From Methanocaldococcus sp. 16A (lineage in GTDB: Archaea > AGJL01 > Methanococci > Methanococcales > Methanocaldococcaceae): 64,000 nucleotides of DNA. The position numbers were made by a program, and so were the translations under genes. Where the stretch lies: assembly GCA_049860595.1 (NCBI GenBank), contig CP187551.1; one strand, written 5' to 3'. The notes under the pieces are model-generated. The model did not search any database, was not told the origin of the DNA, and worked only from the letters and a program-made list of their open reading frames with translations. Of the stretch, positions 33,061 to 43,479 are shown one piece after another (positions within the stretch are counted from its first letter, which is position 1; each line of letters starts with the position of its first letter).

Positions 33061-33985
33061 AATATCATCAATTCCTATACTTCCTGATGAAGAATTTCTT
33101 ACTGAGGATGAAATTGAAGAATATTTAGATAATCTCAAATCTAAACTACCTTCTTTCGTTATAATATTATTAAAAAATAATTTAAGAGGCAAGAGAGTTA
33201 CTAAAAAACAACTTGATAAAATTATTGAAAGGATTACTGAGGTTTTATCTAAAGGAAGAGAGGATAAAACAGAAGAGCTTAATAAAAAACTTCAAAATCT
33301 TGAGCAGAAACTTGACACTATAATGAAACTCACTACAATGGCTGCTTCAACTAAACTTTCAGAAGAAATAGAAAAAACTAAAACTGTTGAAGAACGTAAA
33401 GAAGAACTTAAAAAAGAGGAAGAAGATGTTGAAAAGACTATACAAATTGAAGAAAAAAGTGTGAAATCTGCAGAACATGAAAAAGAGGTAATAGAAAAAA
33501 CTGAGGAGGGTACTAAAGGAGAGACTAAGAAAGATAAAGTTGAAGAAAAAGAGGAGAAATCTGAGGTAGAATTATCTGAGGGGGAGAAGCCTATGATATC
33601 TACTAGTGAAGAAGAAAGACAATATAGATTAAATGATATTCCAGAAGATGCTGTATCTATGGCTTTAGTATTTAAATGGTTAGAGTTTTTAATAAGTAAA
33701 GTGGGGATTACAAATTTGCCTGATATCTTAGATTACTATAATAAAATTGGTTGGATTTCAAATAAAGTTATATTAAAATTATTAAGATTCACCAAAAATA
33801 TGAAAATAATATTAGATATGGAAAATATAAGACCAAGAGATAAATTATCTCCGAGTGACCACATAATGTCATTGTTATACATTGAAAAGCTTGCTGGTAG
33901 ACCAATAGACACTGAAGTTCTTGAAATGTTGGAAATAGAAATTAGAAGAATAAAAAAATGGGCTGAAGAACTACAATCAATTTAA
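33032..33985 (+). CDS. flaD: Archaellum accessory protein FlaD
   Basis: WLEFL..G..LDYY..IGWIS..DHIMSLLYIEKL FlaD/E domain; position in operon. Confidence 0.9.
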   Translation: MPMIQKTVNEISSIPILPDEEFLTEDEIEEYLDNLKSKLPSFVIILLKNNLRGKRVTKKQLDKIIERITEVLSKGREDKTEELNKKLQNLEQKLDTIMKLTTMAASTKLSEEIEKTKTVEERKEELKKEEEDVEKTIQIEEKSVKSAEHEKEVIEKTEEGTKGETKKDKVEEKEEKSEVELSEGEKPMISTSEEERQYRLNDIPEDAVSMALVFKWLEFLISKVGITNLPDILDYYNKIGWISNKVILKLLRFTKNMKIILDMENIRPRDKLSPSDHIMSLLYIEKLAGRPIDTEVLEMLEIEIRRIKKWAEELQSI

Positions 33986-34060
33986 ATCCAAATTGGATTA
34001 TTCAGATTATTCCAAATATCCAAATTAAATAAATAATAATCAATGATGAGTATATAGGGG

Positions 34061-34471
34061 GTGTATGAAATGGATGCAATGACTTCTGCAATATTGGAAG
34101 TACACAAACCAGCCAAATTAGAAGACATTCCTGACGAGCCAATTGCAGTTATTTTAGCATTGAAGTGGTTAGAATACTTATGTGAAAGAGTAGGTTCTGA
34201 AAATGTACCTGATGTGTTGGAGTTTTATTACATGCTTGGATGGTTAGGTGATAAAGCATTAGCAAAATTATTAAAATTCCTGAAAGGAATTAAAGTTGAT
34301 GAAGAAAATGTTATTGAGGGTTCAGGAAAATTAAATATAGCAGACCATATAATATCATTATTATTCATTGAAAGATTGAATGGAAAGCAGATTTCTGCAG
34401 AACTACTTGATAAAATTGAATGGGAATTAAGAAAAATAAAGAAGGGGGCTGAACAGTTCTATGGGATTTAG
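34061..34471 (+). CDS. flaE: Archaellum accessory protein FlaE
   Basis: WLEYL..LEFYY.LGW..DHIISLLFIERL. Confidence 0.9.
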   Translation: MYEMDAMTSAILEVHKPAKLEDIPDEPIAVILALKWLEYLCERVGSENVPDVLEFYYMLGWLGDKALAKLLKFLKGIKVDEENVIEGSGKLNIADHIISLLFIERLNGKQISAELLDKIEWELRKIKKGAEQFYGI

Positions 34472-34877
34472 TTCTGTAGTAGGAGCGACAGTAATGATTA
34501 TTGCATTGCTTATATGTGGAGCGTATCTTTATGTAACTATAGACAACCAATATGAAAGCATCAATAATGCATATAATGTATATTATGCTCATTTACATGA
34601 TAAGCTAAATGAAAAGCTGGTAATTACTGATGTTAAAACCAGTCCATCACAGACGAATATAACTATATACAATAATGGGTCGGTTGTTGTTGAGCCTGGG
34701 AAATTTACTATATTATTTGATGGTAGGGTAGTTCCAGACGAGAATATATCCTATTACCCATATCTAAAAAAATATCTTGTCCCACTTGATAATATAACAA
34801 TCATAGTAAATTGGACACAACCAAGTAGAATATGTATTGTATCAGATAATGGAAATAAGTATTTCTATCCACAATAA
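34461..34877 (+). CDS. flaF: Archaellum stator protein FlaF
   Basis: MGFSSV N-terminal TM, N.GS, archaellin-like beta domain. Confidence 0.88.
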   Translation: MGFSSVVGATVMIIALLICGAYLYVTIDNQYESINNAYNVYYAHLHDKLNEKLVITDVKTSPSQTNITIYNNGSVVVEPGKFTILFDGRVVPDENISYYPYLKKYLVPLDNITIIVNWTQPSRICIVSDNGNKYFYPQ

Positions 34878-34997
34878 CTTGGCGACCCCTGCATGATTTA
34901 TTGTGAGTAGCATCAATATTATTAATTTTTAATTTTTATTGACTTTTTCATAAAATTTCATAAAATATTTACTTTATTTAAGATTAAGGTGATTTAA

Positions 34998-35453
34998 TTG
35001 GCGTCAAATGCAATGTCTGAAATCGTTATGTTTGTTGCTGTATTGTTAATCGCTGCATTTGTTGCAGGGATTTTAACAACATCCACTTATAAAATTTCTA
35101 TAAATATTGGAAAAAAAGGTGATGCATTAGCTACTAAGCTATCACAAGATTTTGAGATTATAAATGACCCAGGTAACATAACGAGAAATGCTTCAGCAGG
35201 TACAACTTTACTTTATATTAAAAATACAGGTAAAGACCCGATAATATTTACGAATAGTTCATTTACGGTAATTATCGATGGAAATATTGTAAAAATTAAT
35301 ACAACAAATCAGCTAACGACTCCTGGAATTAATGTGTTATATCCGGGAGATGTTGGGGAGATTGTTGTAAATTACAATGAAACTGGATATCATAGAATAA
35401 AAGTTATTTCAGATTCTGGAATTTCGAGAATTATTAAGGGTCGTATTTCCTAA
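34998..35453 (+). CDS. flaG: Archaellum stator protein FlaG
   Basis: MASNAMSEIVMFVA TM, IINDP, YIKNTG. Confidence 0.88.
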   Translation: MASNAMSEIVMFVAVLLIAAFVAGILTTSTYKISINIGKKGDALATKLSQDFEIINDPGNITRNASAGTTLLYIKNTGKDPIIFTNSSFTVIIDGNIVKINTTNQLTTPGINVLYPGDVGEIVVNYNETGYHRIKVISDSGISRIIKGRIS

Positions 35454-35463
35454 GTTTTCTTAG

Positions 35464-36165
35464 GTGGGGATTATGGAACTGGCAAGAATTGATTTGAGTA
35501 GAGATGATTTAGATAAAAGAATTGGAGGTGGTATTCCGTATGGTAGTTTAATAATAATTGAGGGAGAGGAAAGTACAGGTAAATCTGTATTATGTCAAAG
35601 ATTGACTTATGGATTTTTACAGAATAGATATTCAGTAACTTACGTATCTACCCAACTTACAACATTAGAATTTATAAAACAAATGAACTCTTTGGATTAT
35701 TCTATTAATAAAAAATTATTATCTGGAGCTTTATTGTATATTCCAGTCTATCCATTAATTGCTGATAATAAAAAAAAGGATGGATTTTTAAAAAAAGTTA
35801 TGGAAACAAGGGCATTTTATGAAAAAGATGTTATTATATTTGATTCTTTATCTGCATTGATAGCAAATGATGCAAGTGAGGTTAATGTTAATGATTTAAT
35901 GGCTTTTTTTAAGAGAATTACAGCTTTAAAGAAAATAATAATTTGCACAATAAACCCAAAAGAGCTACCAGAATCAGTTTTAACAGTAATAAGAACTTCT
36001 GCAACAATATTAATAAAAACAGAAATATTTTCATTTGCTGGAAATTTAAAAAACTTAGCTAAGATATTGAAGTATAATATGGCTCCTGGACCATATCAGA
36101 AAACCATAGTGTTTAGAGTAGAACCTAAGATTGGTATTGCTGTTGAGATTGCATCTGTTGCATAA
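35464..36165 (+). CDS. flaH: Archaellum RecA/KaiC-like ATPase FlaH
   Basis: GGGIP.GS..EGEESTGKS, IFDSLS, FRVEP..G. Confidence 0.93.
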   Translation: MGIMELARIDLSRDDLDKRIGGGIPYGSLIIIEGEESTGKSVLCQRLTYGFLQNRYSVTYVSTQLTTLEFIKQMNSLDYSINKKLLSGALLYIPVYPLIADNKKKDGFLKKVMETRAFYEKDVIIFDSLSALIANDASEVNVNDLMAFFKRITALKKIIICTINPKELPESVLTVIRTSATILIKTEIFSFAGNLKNLAKILKYNMAPGPYQKTIVFRVEPKIGIAVEIASVA

Positions 36166-36175
36166 TTTTTAAGTT

Positions 36176-37831
36176 TTGGTGATAATAATGAGTGAAGCAG
36201 AATTAAGAGAAGCAATGAATAGAAATCCACATTTACGAAAATATATTGAAAACTTTAAGAGAATCTATATGAGGATTCCAGATTTTATGGTATCACTTTC
36301 GAGAGAATTAAAAGAACTAAAATACCCAAATATTATTTATCCAATTGGAGATCCAATATTTATTCATATCTTTGGAACTCCGGAAACTAAAACAAAATAT
36401 ATAGTTATTGAACCTAAATTGGAAACTCCAGAAGAGAAATTAAAATATAAAATGATATTAAATAGAATTTTAGAACTAGCACCATATGAAGAAACTCCTA
36501 AAAGTGTGGAGGAATTTGAAGAAGTTTTAGTGAGATTATTTGATGCATGTACAAAGGTTACTGAAACACAAAAGGAAGAAGGATTTCTTAAAAGAGTTTT
36601 TAGATTTGTAGATAATAAAATTAGAATCACTCCAGAAGAAAGGGAAAAGTATATTTATATTTTAAAGAGAGACTTAATAGGTTTGGGTAATCTTGAACCT
36701 ATTGCTAGAGACCCATACTTAGAAGATATTCACGTTATTGGTCCAAAAAATTGTCATGTTGTTCATAAGATTTTTGGAATGTTGCCTACCAATATTACAT
36801 GGGATGATGAAATTGAGCTTGCAGATTATTTAAAAAATATTGGAGAACGAATGGGGAGACCAGTTTCAGATGCTCATCCAATAGTTGATGGAGCATTACC
36901 AGACGGTTCAAGAATTAACATCGTTTACTCTACAGATGTTTCTCCAAAGGGACCATCATTTACAATTAGGAAATTTACAGATGTCCCTATTAGTGTTACA
37001 CAGCTTATTAGTTGGGGAACGTTCTCTACTGAAATTGCGGCATATTTATGGCTGTGTTTGGAATATGGTATGAGTATATTTATTTGTGGGGAAACAGCAT
37101 CAGGTAAAACTACAACATTAAATGCAATTTTACCATTTATAAAACCAAATTCAAAAATATTCTCTTGTGAAGATACTCCAGAAGTTAAACCACCTCATCC
37201 TGTATGGCAGCAGCTGATAACAAGAGAAAGGGGTCCAGAAGAGAGTAGAGTTACACTTTTTGATTTGTTGAGAGCTGCATTGAGGTCAAGACCTAATTAT
37301 ATTATTGTTGGAGAGATTAGGAGTGTTGAAGCGGCAGTTGCTTTTCAAGCTATGCAGACTGGGCACCCAGTTCTTTCAACATTCCACGCAGCTAATGTTA
37401 GAAAGATGATACAGAGATTGAACGGAGACCCTATTAATGTTCCATTAACATTTATGGATAACCTAAACGTTGCACTATTCCAATTGGCGGTTTATCAGAG
37501 AGGTAAGGTTTTGAGAAGAGTTGTTACTATTGAAGAAATTGAAGGATATTATAAGGAAGTAGATGGAGTAATTACAAGAGCTGTGTTCCAATGGGAGCCA
37601 GATAAGGATAGACACGTATTTACAGGTAGAAATAACAGTTATGTTTTAGAGGAGAAGATAGCTAAAGCAGCAGGTTATGAAGACCCGAGAGATATTTATA
37701 ATGAGTTAGAATTGAGAGCAAGAATATTAGAAGAGATGATTGCAAGAGAAATTTTCGATTATTACCAAGTTAGAGATATAATATGGTCGTTTTACGAAAA
37801 AGGTTTGGAAGGGCTTCCATTTCCAATTTGA
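36176..37831 (+). CDS. flaI: Archaellum assembly/motor ATPase FlaI
   Basis: GETASGKTT, EDTPE, LRSRPNYIIVGEIR, TGH..STFHA. Confidence 0.95.
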   Translation: MVIIMSEAELREAMNRNPHLRKYIENFKRIYMRIPDFMVSLSRELKELKYPNIIYPIGDPIFIHIFGTPETKTKYIVIEPKLETPEEKLKYKMILNRILELAPYEETPKSVEEFEEVLVRLFDACTKVTETQKEEGFLKRVFRFVDNKIRITPEEREKYIYILKRDLIGLGNLEPIARDPYLEDIHVIGPKNCHVVHKIFGMLPTNITWDDEIELADYLKNIGERMGRPVSDAHPIVDGALPDGSRINIVYSTDVSPKGPSFTIRKFTDVPISVTQLISWGTFSTEIAAYLWLCLEYGMSIFICGETASGKTTTLNAILPFIKPNSKIFSCEDTPEVKPPHPVWQQLITRERGPEESRVTLFDLLRAALRSRPNYIIVGEIRSVEAAVAFQAMQTGHPVLSTFHAANVRKMIQRLNGDPINVPLTFMDNLNVALFQLAVYQRGKVLRRVVTIEEIEGYYKEVDGVITRAVFQWEPDKDRHVFTGRNNSYVLEEKIAKAAGYEDPRDIYNELELRARILEEMIAREIFDYYQVRDIIWSFYEKGLEGLPFPI

Positions 37832-37832
37832 G

Positions 37833-39521
37833 GTGGTTATTGTGGTATTAGATTTACTACCGAGAATTGGGCTTAAGCCCAAAGATTATTTATTAAAAAT
37901 TTTATTGCCTGCTGTTATTACTTCTATTGTTTTAACTGTATTAGGTTTTATGCTGTTCAGTGGAATTATTTTATATATATATTTAACCTTACCAATAATA
38001 ATACTTGCCAGTGCAATTGGTTATCCTTATATTGTTTTAGACTCTCAAAAAAATAAAATAAATGAGAGACTTCATATTTTTATTACAAAATTTGGAACCT
38101 TATCTATAACTGATTTAAATAGAAAAGATTTATTAAAAATACTTTCAGAAGAGAGAGAAGAACTTGGAGAGTTGGCGAAAGAATCGGAAAAATTATATGT
38201 TTTGACAGATAAGTGGGGACGTTCATTAGCCGAAGCTTGTAGATTTTTATCTCAAAGGACTCCAAGTAGTGAGTTTGCAGATTTTTTAGATAGATTGGCT
38301 TATGCATTAGATAGTGGGGAAGAACTTAAAGAATTTTTAATAAAAGAGCAAGATATTGTTATGGATGATTATGCCGCATTTTACAGAAGAATGTTATATT
38401 CACTTGATATGTATAAAGAGCTGTATGTTAGTGCGATGACATCCGTAGCGTTTTTCTTAGCTTTTTCAATTTTAGTTCCATTCTTGCTACCTTATAATTT
38501 CGTATTTATGGCAACAGTGTCACTGTTTGCGTTTTTTGGTATTGAATTACTTATAGTTATTGCAATAAAAAGTAGGATACCATTTGATAGATTATGGCAT
38601 ACTGGAGAAAAACCTACAGAAACTGATATAAAACTTAGAAAATGGTTAATATTATCAATTATACTTACTATAGTATTGTTGCCATTTCTTATATGGGCTA
38701 AATATATAATAGGGTTATCTCCATTTTATAAAATTCCTTATATGATATTGATAGCCTTAGGATTTTCACCACTTGCTATAGCGGGGATTATTGCATTGAG
38801 AGAAGAGAATAAAGTAAAGAGAAAAGAATTTGTATTCCCTGATTTTTTAAGGTCTTTGGGGGATTCAGTAAGTGCTAAAGGAGGGGGAATGGTAGATTCT
38901 TTAGAATATTTATCAAATCACGATTTTGGTCCGTTAACTGAAGATATTAAGAGGTTATATAAGAGATTGGCTTTAAATATCGATTCAAATAGGTCTTGGA
39001 GATTATTTGGTTTTGATTCATGTAGTTATTTAATACAATTATTTTCAGATATATTTTCGAGATGTATATACTTTGGAGGAGACCCAAAAATAGCAGCTGA
39101 AATAATAAGTAAGAATTTTAGAAAAATTGTTCAATTAAGAAAATCTAAGTATCAGAATATACAGCAATTTGTTGGAGTAGTTTACGGTCTTGGAGGTGGT
39201 TTGGCATTAGCATTATTTGCTTCATTAGGAGTAGCTAAGATGATTAATGAGTTGTATTCATCATTAAATATTCCTGAAACTGTTATTCAAATTTTGCATA
39301 TAATGCCAATAAATGATTCAGGACTTATTGAGTACATAATATTTGGTTCTCTTGTAATTTACTCAGCAATTTCAGGAATATTAATTAAAATAATGGATGG
39401 GGGGCATAAATATGTATCATTATTACACTTTGTTGCAATACTTTGGATATGTGCTATAGTGGCATATATAACAAAGTTAATAGTTTCACAGATTTTGGGA
39501 GTTTCAGCTCCAGTATACTAA
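37833..39521 (+). CDS. flaJ: Archaellum membrane platform protein FlaJ
   Basis: Two T2SSF-like cytoplasmic loops (DFLDRLAY; FPDFLRSLG) and multiple TM helices. Confidence 0.93.
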   Translation: MVIVVLDLLPRIGLKPKDYLLKILLPAVITSIVLTVLGFMLFSGIILYIYLTLPIIILASAIGYPYIVLDSQKNKINERLHIFITKFGTLSITDLNRKDLLKILSEEREELGELAKESEKLYVLTDKWGRSLAEACRFLSQRTPSSEFADFLDRLAYALDSGEELKEFLIKEQDIVMDDYAAFYRRMLYSLDMYKELYVSAMTSVAFFLAFSILVPFLLPYNFVFMATVSLFAFFGIELLIVIAIKSRIPFDRLWHTGEKPTETDIKLRKWLILSIILTIVLLPFLIWAKYIIGLSPFYKIPYMILIALGFSPLAIAGIIALREENKVKRKEFVFPDFLRSLGDSVSAKGGGMVDSLEYLSNHDFGPLTEDIKRLYKRLALNIDSNRSWRLFGFDSCSYLIQLFSDIFSRCIYFGGDPKIAAEIISKNFRKIVQLRKSKYQNIQQFVGVVYGLGGGLALALFASLGVAKMINELYSSLNIPETVIQILHIMPINDSGLIEYIIFGSLVIYSAISGILIKIMDGGHKYVSLLHFVAILWICAIVAYITKLIVSQILGVSAPVY

Positions 39522-39544
39522 AAATAAATTTTTAAAATAAATTT

Positions 39545-40252
39545 TTATAGTTTAAAAAGTGATAAAAATAGGTCAATAATTTTATCACCTATAATTGGTG
39601 TTAATATATAGGATAAAAATATTGGCACAACAAACGGTATAGCAGGAGTCACCCAAATTTTTTCATTTTTATCAAAATTTGAAAAATCAAAATCTTTTTC
39701 GGCACTTGGTAGTAGTTTTAGATTTGTCTGATTACCAAGAATTAACCTCTCTTTTTTCATAGCTTCAGAAACTTTCATTTTTTCGCCAATAAACATACAT
39801 ATAAATTCTTTTTTTGTTTTTGGTTTAACTCCCCTAATAATATTTTTTAAAAATATGATGACTGGAAGAAATATAGAGAAAAATATTGCGTTGATAGTTA
39901 CCATTATTGGAAAAGATGGAATGTAGGGATGATAATTTAAGATTATACCTAATGGTGTATATATTGGCATATTATATTTTGGAATTAATGCTCCGAGTCC
40001 CATTAATAGTTTTCCATCGCCTCCTCCTGCACCTAATAGAAACATAAAAAATCCTAAAAAGAAACAAACAATAAATCCAACAAATGATTGAATAAGGTAT
40101 GATATATTGTAAGATATTAATGATAGGTAAATACTATATAGAAATCCAAAAATAGCTAATGAAATCCAAATATAATCTTTAATCTCTCTACACTTTAAAT
40201 CATGAATTGAAGCTATTAATAATCCTATCGCCCCAATAACAAAATTTATCAT
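39545..40252 (-). CDS. flaK: Pre-archaellin peptidase
   Basis: SIHDLKCREI, GGGDGK (GxGD), WVTPAIPF. Confidence 0.92.
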   Translation of the reverse strand: MINFVIGAIGLLIASIHDLKCREIKDYIWISLAIFGFLYSIYLSLISYNISYLIQSFVGFIVCFFLGFFMFLLGAGGGDGKLLMGLGALIPKYNMPIYTPLGIILNYHPYIPSFPIMVTINAIFFSIFLPVIIFLKNIIRGVKPKTKKEFICMFIGEKMKVSEAMKKERLILGNQTNLKLLPSAEKDFDFSNFDKNEKIWVTPAIPFVVPIFLSYILTPIIGDKIIDLFLSLFKL

Positions 40253-40493
40253 TCTTTCCCCCTATTTTTAGATATTTCTTATCTAAAAATTTGAATTTCG
40301 ATAAATGTAGAAATTAATTTGTGCTAACAAATTTATATAGCTATTTTATTATTATATTTTAAAAATTATAATAACACTAAAAAATAAAACTATAAGCCAA
40401 TAGATAAACTAAAATATGTATATATAATATACATTTAATATAGGGAGGGGTAATCTTAAGATAGTTCATAACTGTTTAGTAAGGGGGAGGGTT

Positions 40494-43073
40494 ATGAAAA
40501 AAATAACATTGGTAATTTTGCTCTTACTATTGCCCACTGTATGTGCAGATGTTAGTGTATATAAAGTTTGGTCGCCCTACGACCCACCAAATTCACCAAT
40601 AATGCATGTAGATATTAGTGAGCAAGTTCTGTATATAGGTATTGTAAATAAAGATGAATATGAGCATGATGTTATAGTTGAAGTAGAATGTAATGGAAAA
40701 ATTTGGAAATCTGGATTAATACCCCTACCACCAAATAGTCATGTAGAAAAAATTGTAGAAGTGAGAGTTCCAATTAGTGACGATAAAGAACATAATGCTA
40801 AGATATCATTAATTGAAAATGGAAAAACTATAGCTTCAACAACAGTTAAAGTGAGACAGTATTTTCCAGTAGATGTTAAGAATGTGACTTGTCAAGGTTC
40901 ATATAATATTGGAAACTCTGAAGTTTGCTATTCTAATTGGTTTGATGTAATTTTAAAAAGCAACCCTACAGCAAAGAGCGATTATATTGCCAAAGTTTGG
41001 ATAAATTTAAAAGATGGAAATAACATAATTTACGATGGTAAAAACGATTTTAAAACAGTATATATACCTTTTGGGCAGGAAGTAAAAGTATCTTTTAAAG
41101 TGCCTAAAATTATTCTTGATAAAGAAAAATTTACAGTTGAGACAAATGTAGAGACAATGAACGTTACTCACACTATTGATGGTATTGAAGAAACTATTCA
41201 AAGGAGAGATGATTCTGGAATATACTACGACTATAAAAGTATAGTAAAATATTATTATCTTCCAGTTGTTGTGAAGAATGTAGAACTTTATAGAAAGGTT
41301 GATGAAAACACTTCAGATATTGTGAAAAATTTTTATGAATCAGCAGATATTTTAGATAATGAGATAAGAAAAGTGTTGTCAGACAAATATTTACAAAAAG
41401 ATGATGAATTACCAAGATATTATGTTGAAGACGACCCAATACTATCTATTTTAAAAATTACAGTAGAGAACAAATATGATAGAGACATTGTAGCCAAATT
41501 GATAGTTAAATACAACAATAGGTCATTTAGTAAAGTAATTAATATTGACAAAAAAGATACAAAGGATATTATAGTTCCAATATACACAAAGAAAGGTAAT
41601 AAAAATATAGAAATAACCATAAATCCTATAGATGCTGATAGTTTAATCTTTAAAAAGTCTTACAATATTAATATAAATCCAAAACCTATACCTCCAGTAA
41701 TTATTGAAAAAATAATTTTACCAAATGATGAAAAAATTAATAAATGGTCGAATATTAGCGGATATATATTGGTTGGGAAGACATATAATATGACCATTGT
41801 TATAAAAAATATATATAATAGAACATTATCCGGTAAAATTACTATAGATGATAATTTTAATGAAGGGATTGCGAATTACTCTAAGGAAATTCCATTTACT
41901 ATAAAACCTCATAGAACTAAAGAAATAAATGTTCCAATAGTATTTTACAAGGAAATAAATGGTGATTTAAAAATTACAGTTTCAGCTAAAGGAAGCGCTA
42001 AAGATTATACATGTCTTGCTCATTTTTATGCAGTGTTGCCAGTAGATATTGTAGAAGTACAATACAATAACACATTATTATTGGGAAAAATAAATGTAAT
42101 AAAAGGATGTGGGGGAGTATACTCAGCCAAACCTATTGCAGGATTTAACAACACTTGTGTAGTTAAGATTAGAAACAAGTTAAATTCTAAAGTTGAATGT
42201 AATGTGTGGATTGAGGTTATTGACAAAGATGGAAATGTTAGGGCAAAAAGTGATATTAAAACAGTTAAATTAGACAAATATTCAGAATCTGAAGTGATAT
42301 TTCCAATCTTTTTCGATGAGGGATTTGAAGGATATACTATAGCTCATGTAATTCCAAAATCTGTGGAGAATGTTGATATTATATATACAGAAGGTTATGG
42401 AATTCATTTAGTTAAAATGTCAGATTACTACAGGGTTGGAAGATATTCAGCAATTGATATATTAGGAAATAAAATACCTACAGGGACGCATGTAGTTACA
42501 GAAGTTATTTCTCCAGTGAATATTGAGAATTTAAACTATAACCATAACAATAGCGTATTAAATGTAAAAATTAGGAATGACAAGTTTCCAGTGAATTTAA
42601 CGGTACAGTATTGGGTTGAGATTAGTAGAGGTTCAAATATCTACTACAAAAGTCCCGTTTTCCAAACAGATGTTTATCCAAAATCTGAGAAAGAATTGAC
42701 AATTCCTTTAAAACTGAAGGATTTAGAAAGTGGGGAATATAATGTAACGTTATATGTTAGAATTAATGACTTTGCTCTTGTTAATTATCAAAAAGTTCCT
42801 GTAGTTTTGAAAAAATCAATATCTATTGAAATAAATAAAAGTATTAGGGAGGGAGAATATGGATTTTCTAAGAATGAAAAAATTAGCGATTCTTTGGAGT
42901 CATATGAAAATATGACAAAATCTTCTTCTAATATTAAAACAAAAGATAACAGTAGTGATATAGACAATATCCAAAATACAAATAATGTTAATTCTCAAAA
43001 TAGTTCAATATTTAGTAAAGTTGCTGGAGTGATAGGTAGTATTGTTTCAACAATTCTTGGATTGTTTGGATGA
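40494..43073 (+). CDS. Large secreted, beta-rich cell-surface protein with C-terminal membrane anchor (859 aa)
   Basis: Signal peptide MKKITLVILLLLLPTVCA|D; repeated Ig/CARDB-like segments; S/N-rich linker, then SIFSKVAGVIGSIVSTILGLFG. Confidence 0.75.
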   Translation: MKKITLVILLLLLPTVCADVSVYKVWSPYDPPNSPIMHVDISEQVLYIGIVNKDEYEHDVIVEVECNGKIWKSGLIPLPPNSHVEKIVEVRVPISDDKEHNAKISLIENGKTIASTTVKVRQYFPVDVKNVTCQGSYNIGNSEVCYSNWFDVILKSNPTAKSDYIAKVWINLKDGNNIIYDGKNDFKTVYIPFGQEVKVSFKVPKIILDKEKFTVETNVETMNVTHTIDGIEETIQRRDDSGIYYDYKSIVKYYYLPVVVKNVELYRKVDENTSDIVKNFYESADILDNEIRKVLSDKYLQKDDELPRYYVEDDPILSILKITVENKYDRDIVAKLIVKYNNRSFSKVINIDKKDTKDIIVPIYTKKGNKNIEITINPIDADSLIFKKSYNININPKPIPPVIIEKIILPNDEKINKWSNISGYILVGKTYNMTIVIKNIYNRTLSGKITIDDNFNEGIANYSKEIPFTIKPHRTKEINVPIVFYKEINGDLKITVSAKGSAKDYTCLAHFYAVLPVDIVEVQYNNTLLLGKINVIKGCGGVYSAKPIAGFNNTCVVKIRNKLNSKVECNVWIEVIDKDGNVRAKSDIKTVKLDKYSESEVIFPIFFDEGFEGYTIAHVIPKSVENVDIIYTEGYGIHLVKMSDYYRVGRYSAIDILGNKIPTGTHVVTEVISPVNIENLNYNHNNSVLNVKIRNDKFPVNLTVQYWVEISRGSNIYYKSPVFQTDVYPKSEKELTIPLKLKDLESGEYNVTLYVRINDFALVNYQKVPVVLKKSISIEINKSIREGEYGFSKNEKISDSLESYENMTKSSSNIKTKDNSSDIDNIQNTNNVNSQNSSIFSKVAGVIGSIVSTILGLFG

Positions 43074-43143
43074 TTGTTTCAACCTTTGAACAATAAAATG
43101 AGAAGGTATTATCGCTGTGACACTTATGTAGGGGAGGGGTAAC

Positions 43144-43479
43144 ATGAGCTTGGCATTTATCGACCCAATGATTATTAGGTCGTTAAATAAAAGTAAGTTA
43201 AGGAAGAAAATATTATATCTGCTATATAGAATATATCCCTATGGTATTTATCTCTCAGAAATATCGAGAAGAGTTAAATCTGACCCAAGTAATGTGCTTG
43301 GATGTTTAAAAGGTATGAATGGTAGGTATAATGGCCACTTTTCACTTATAGAGTTAGGTTTAGTTGAATGTGTAGAAAGGGGAGGAATGAAATTATACAG
43401 ACTAACAGATTATGGAAAAAAAATTGTAGAAATATTAAAAGATCAAGATAGTGACTTTATAGAATCCTTAAGGTGGTGA
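43144..43479 (+). CDS. earA: Archaellum operon transcriptional activator EarA family (wHTH)
   Basis: SLNKSKLRKKIL..YLSEISR..DPSNV.G.L.G..RY..SLI.LGLV; next to the fla cluster. Confidence 0.8.
   Translation: MSLAFIDPMIIRSLNKSKLRKKILYLLYRIYPYGIYLSEISRRVKSDPSNVLGCLKGMNGRYNGHFSLIELGLVECVERGGMKLYRLTDYGKKIVEILKDQDSDFIESLRW

Noticed and set aside
34878-34910. Short GC-richer patch after flaF (possible ncRNA or lost C-terminal tail NNLATPA)
   Set aside because: Too short, no stable stem and no slippery site; cannot be supported without an alignment.
35770-35777. A8/T8 runs in flaH, argF, cofC and the 432-aa gene as further slippage sites
   Set aside because: These genes are intact in one frame, with no alternative-frame continuation needed.
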